Below, one piece after another: positions 59,713 to 64,000 of a stretch of DNA of 64,000 bases (position 1 is the stretch's first letter; the number at the start of each line of letters is the position of its first letter). Source of the DNA: Macrostomum hystrix (taxonomy: Eukaryota; Animalia; Platyhelminthes). The notes beneath the pieces are model-generated. The model was not told the DNA's origin, did no database searches, and was given only the letters and a program-made list of their open reading frames with translations. The position numbers and the translations under genes were made by a program. Where the stretch lies: the NCBI GenBank assembly GCA_950097015.1, contig CATNEN010000038.1:23250001-23314000 (forward strand). Reading direction: 5' to 3'.

Positions 59713-61443
59713 ATGCCATCGACAATTAACGAGGCCATCGCCTCAAGCACGGCTCACGGCATCAGCAGGGCAGCGGCCACCGAGGCCAAACCGCTCAGAG
59801 TGATGTGGATTCTGCTCTTCGCCACCTTCCTCGCTCTGTTTCTCAAGAGCGGTATCAGACTGGTGCAAAAGCTGCGCGAGAACAAACTCGCAAAATTCTA
59901 CTTTTTGGATGAGGCACCGTTTGTCTTACCTGATCTGTACTTCTGTCCCAACAATCCGTATTCAGGTAGCTATCCGTTTATGCTGAACAAAGAGGACGCT
60001 GATTTGATTAATTCTAAAGTTTCTAGTCTGGTGGAGCGGATGGAAGAAGTTCTTGGAAAACCTCCCGGCACATCTGAAGCAGTGGCCCGTTTAGTCGCTG
60101 TGCAGCTGGGCCTTCCGTTTCATCTTCTACAGAAACACCTGGTGCTGAGAAGCGAACAGTCGGTATTAAAAGCAGAACTAACACGTCGTTGGCACTCGGC
60201 AAAAAGTGAACCAAATGATGTTTTCTTCAGTACGTTTTACACACCGGAAAATGTGTTGTGCTTCAAGGCGGTGCTCGATGAATATAGGAAGGAAATAATG
60301 CTGAATCAAGACAGAATATTAGAGGTGTGGCTTTCTACTGATCCTTATTTTGCCGACTTCAACTTTACTGGACATCGGATTCAAGATATTGGAAATGTTT
60401 CCTTTCTGAGCTGGCACCCCACAAATATTATAGATTATCTGAAGGTTTCAGGCTACACAATGCTAATTGTACCTCCTGGAGCCTACCCCGCAGTGCCATT
60501 CGAGACTAATTTTCTCCTAGCCCCCGGCAATGCATACTTGGTGCAGCTGACGATGGAGGAGCAAATCTGCAGCCAAGAGCTGCACATGACCCACTGTTTG
60601 AATAATCATCCGGAAGTGAACTTCTCAAGTCCTCTGACTGGCGAGCATGAAATATTTAATTACAGCTACGCAGCTTGCTATTATCTAGAAAATCACGCCA
60701 TCTATGCTAAAGAAGCCGGCTGTCGGCCGCCCTGGTCCCCAACGCCAGCTGATTATGCGCGTTTGCCCCGTTGCCTGAACTTTTCTGAGATGAACAGCTC
60801 TGGAATACAGCCAGCTCTAAAACTGCTGGAAAATAACAAAGACATTGAAGACATCACCCTCAACCTTTGCAGGAATAAAAGGCCATGCTCTTACCCCATT
60901 TACAACGCTCGCTATTCGTTTGGTAAATGGCCCAGCATTGGTAGTTCTACAGATTTCTACTTTGCCAACGCTTCGGTTATGGATTCAGCTGCTACACCGG
61001 CTCTGGCTAAATTGGTGACGATTGCGCAACAAATACAAGGCACAAGTCACTCGGCACACCTTGAAGGCCTGTTTCGTTCCTATGTGTCTGAGGCTTTGAT
61101 CCGTGTAAGAATTTCAACTGCGTCTTCACTGTCGCCCCAAGTCATGCTCGCCTATTCTTATTCGCTGAATGACTTTCTCGCTGACACAGGAGGTCTGTTG
61201 GGCCTGTACATCGGCTGCAGTGTGCTGACGCTGTTCGAGTTTCTCGAACTAATCTATCTTGTCGTTGAGAATTCCGTCAGGAAGCGAAGGTCTGCAGGGA
61301 CTGATCAATCGGCCTCTGTTGAAGCACCGGTGGTGCCTGCAGTTCCAGGTCATGATTTGGTCGCGAATGAACTTCAGGAAGGTCAGAACGAAGCCACTTC
61401 GAAGTACAGAGGAGTCGATGCAATGGAATCTGTGGAGGCTTGA
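59713..61443 (+). CDS. DEG/ENaC (amiloride-sensitive sodium channel superfamily) subunit, intronless, 576 aa
   Basis: STAHG (HG motif), TM1 VMWILLFATFLALFL, LPDLYFCPNNPY, Cys-rich ectodomain, TM2 signature FLADTGGLLGLYIGCSVLTLFEFLE. Acceptor-like tttcag ends at 59703, 10 nt before the AUG. Confidence 0.92.
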   Translation: MPSTINEAIASSTAHGISRAAATEAKPLRVMWILLFATFLALFLKSGIRLVQKLRENKLAKFYFLDEAPFVLPDLYFCPNNPYSGSYPFMLNKEDADLINSKVSSLVERMEEVLGKPPGTSEAVARLVAVQLGLPFHLLQKHLVLRSEQSVLKAELTRRWHSAKSEPNDVFFSTFYTPENVLCFKAVLDEYRKEIMLNQDRILEVWLSTDPYFADFNFTGHRIQDIGNVSFLSWHPTNIIDYLKVSGYTMLIVPPGAYPAVPFETNFLLAPGNAYLVQLTMEEQICSQELHMTHCLNNHPEVNFSSPLTGEHEIFNYSYAACYYLENHAIYAKEAGCRPPWSPTPADYARLPRCLNFSEMNSSGIQPALKLLENNKDIEDITLNLCRNKRPCSYPIYNARYSFGKWPSIGSSTDFYFANASVMDSAATPALAKLVTIAQQIQGTSHSAHLEGLFRSYVSEALIRVRISTASSLSPQVMLAYSYSLNDFLADTGGLLGLYIGCSVLTLFEFLELIYLVVENSVRKRRSAGTDQSASVEAPVVPAVPGHDLVANELQEGQNEATSKYRGVDAMESVEA

Positions 61444-63629
61444 TTCGTTTAATTTAAAACAGGAAGCTTTTTCTAAGTTTCTGAAGATTAACTCAGTAGA
61501 AGAAGCGAAATGTACATTAGAACTTGAGCAGAATAAGCATGTATTATGCTCCCTAAAGGTCTATTCAGACTCAATTAAACAAGCGACAGTTTTGCACTGT
61601 GGTTGCCGAAACATTAATCTTACAGTAAAATCATTAAATACAAACTAGTTGTGGTATAACAAATTGCTCGTCTGGCTCGAAAATGTTTAACTATTTTTTT
61701 CCTAAAAATAATTACTTGCAAAGTTGAGTTCGTGCATTAATTTTTGCAATTATTGTCTACAGTCCAATGCATGCAGACAGATTTTTTATTTCGAAAGCTG
61801 TTTAAACTTTGCTTGAACAAATTATCTCGCTACTCTCTCGAACTTTGAGCAAGGGTGTTTATGGCGCATCAAACATCGGAAATTTTGTTCTGTTTAGTTT
61901 GTTTAAAATATAACAGCTAGATGTGGTTCTAAGCTCAGCAGATTTGCATAGACAGCATTTGCCCGTCGGCATTTTTCTCTGTGATGTGAAGCCTTGAAAG
62001 AATTAAAAATGATTACAAAAAATACTATTTTTTCCAAGCTTTGAAAAAGTTTCTGTAATAAATTGCTCTAGTTTAGCTCTTTCAAACTAAAAACAAGGAT
62101 TTGCATCACTCCTAAATATAGATTTCACTTAACCCATTTGGTGCTGTTCCTTGATTGTGTACACTGTTATACGGCTGCATCAACTGCCGCAGCCAAATTA
62201 ATTTACCACTGATGGAGCCCGCGTGGATTATGTGCAGGCCCTCCGCTGCGACGCTGTTCCACCGGATGCTGTTAGATGCGACACGAGCAGAATTAGAACG
62301 GATTCCATGGTCCGATCACGGCAGTGAGGCGCAACTCCTGCCGTTCTGTCGCATTAACCATCAGGGAAATGAACAACTTGCTAGTTGCTCTTTTCGTAAA
62401 CTTTCGCCGGGCTTTCGACTCGGTTCTCCAAGCCTAACTCACATGTCACAGCAGCTGATTATACCGCCTGCATGATGGCGTCGTGTTGAGGACACCATCG
62501 CTTAGGAGTAATTCCGACGGCCTGCCACGCTGGCGCCTTTTCTATTCGTGATTTTCATGAAACGAGATGGGTGCTCCGGACCGGGCCGCCATCCGCGTGG
62601 ACTACGATTTCTGCTGTCAAGAGCCTGTGCAACGACACCTTGAGAATTGAAGAGGCTCTGCGCTTTCGTCTATGCAGACGACATTGCACTGCTGTCTTCT
62701 ACGGTCGAACTCGAAGTTCGTTTACTTCTCGGCGGACTCGTGCTGCATGGGCGTAATTAAGCCTGGTACCTTTTGTTCAGTGCGGACGATGCTCTTCCAA
62801 ACGGTCGTTAAAAACGTCGTCATGAATGAACTGATATGTCATTTACATCTGTAGAAAAATATAAATATATATTTACATCATTTCGCATTGGTAAAGTTAG
62901 TCATGGTGATCGGCAGGTGCACAAAGAAACCGTCTGACCTCCTAGTTTATGTCTTGTACATGCATCTTTAGGCAACTACAGGAATGTTTATGTAATTAAG
63001 AACGGTTTAGATTGAAATTTTTAAGGTATAAAATATCCTGCGTGGTTATAAAATAATCTTGAGCTTGAGTGATAATTGCATATTTCAAATAGACAAGCCA
63101 CGTTTTTTGTTACCTATAGCTACGATTTACATAGCGACTACATTTCTACGTAAAACCAAAACTTTAAATCAAAATTTATTGGAATAGTACTAATAATAAA
63201 TTTAAATTACTCCCGTGATAGCTAAAAACAAAAAAGAAGAGGCTAAGCAATTTATTATCAACATTAAATACAGCTTTTTGTTGTACTTTTAAAGCAGTGT
63301 GTGCGTCGATATAACTCGCGAAAAAATCACAATTTCGGAGAACGTTAAACACGTGAGCGTGCGTTATGTATATTGTTTACGTTTTGTCTAACATTTTCGT
63401 GACTTTACTAAGGCAGTGTTACTGCTTTTAACTTAAAAGGGGTAGAAGATAGTACACATTTACTATCACTGGTTTGAAAGTTCTCACTCTTCCTGAAATT
63501 CCAGATTTATAATTTCAATTTTATCTACATCTATTTTACTACTAATACTAATACTAATAGTTAGGCAAGGTTGTATCTAACAACAGCTAGGCCCTATCAT
63601 CAATCAATCGAATCAACCTATCATTTAAT

Positions 63630-63698
63630 ATGGAAAATACTTGTGCGTCTTGTGGCAAAGCAGTTTACACAATGGAACTATTAAAGTGTATTGATCAG
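63630..63698 (+). CDS. LASP1: First coding exon of a LASP-type LIM-domain protein (continues beyond the window)
   Basis: MENTCASCGKAVYTMELLKCIDQ followed by donor GTAAGA; resembles the LASP1 N-terminus [23 protein letters not shown]. Too short for the ORF track. Confidence 0.75.
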
Positions 63699-64000
63699 GT
63701 AAGAAATAAAAAAATTGAGTTGTTTATTTTTGTAAGACCTACTAAATAGGCACCTAGGCTACGAACTTTTTATTTAGAAGAAAGTATTCTATAGTTTAAC
63801 AATTTCCTATTCAGCCTAAACTGTAAGTAGCCTTGCATATAATATAATATAAGGTACATTATATTTTTTAGTAGGCCTATATAACTTGTAGAATAGTGAA
63901 ATAAGTTAATATGAATTTTGTTTTTGTACTGTGTCTGTAAGTGTAGTGTTGTCTGTGGCTAAAGCTAGCTAGTGTAAGTTATTTTAACTAAGCATTGCCT

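Noticed and set aside
62150-62850. GC-elevated block that looks like decayed coding sequence
   Set aside because: No long open frame or recognisable motif on either strand by eye.

Overview
Repeat-rich eukaryotic (invertebrate metazoan-like) genomic DNA with GT-AG introns. The species cannot be determined from the sequence. Host genes: the terminal polyQ exon of an upstream gene, a complete 5-exon mitochondrial-type aldehyde dehydrogenase (ALDH2-like), two intronless RING-H2/coiled-coil (TRAIP-like) paralogs, a 4-exon secreted protein with tandem uncharacterised repeats plus a truncated fibrinogen-related domain (with an internally deleted copy 28 kb upstream), an intronless DEG/ENaC channel with a pseudogene paralog, and the first coding exon of a LASP-type LIM protein. 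Repeats: a 12-kb homogeneous 58-bp satellite whose unexpanded relatives survive in a paralogous module nearby, several minisatellites, three tRNA-headed SINE families, two decayed LINE fragments, a palindromic MITE-like element, and three tyrosine-recombinase (Ngaro-type, split-direct-repeat) retrotransposons. The most notable signal is in the Ngaro-type elements, whose sequence predicts three products from one transcription unit: Gag; Gag-RT-RNaseH by UGA readthrough; and a spliced SAP/coiled-coil-tyrosine recombinase fusion through a phase-1 acceptor conserved in two divergent elements. All alignments and folds were done by eye and need computational or RNA confirmation.
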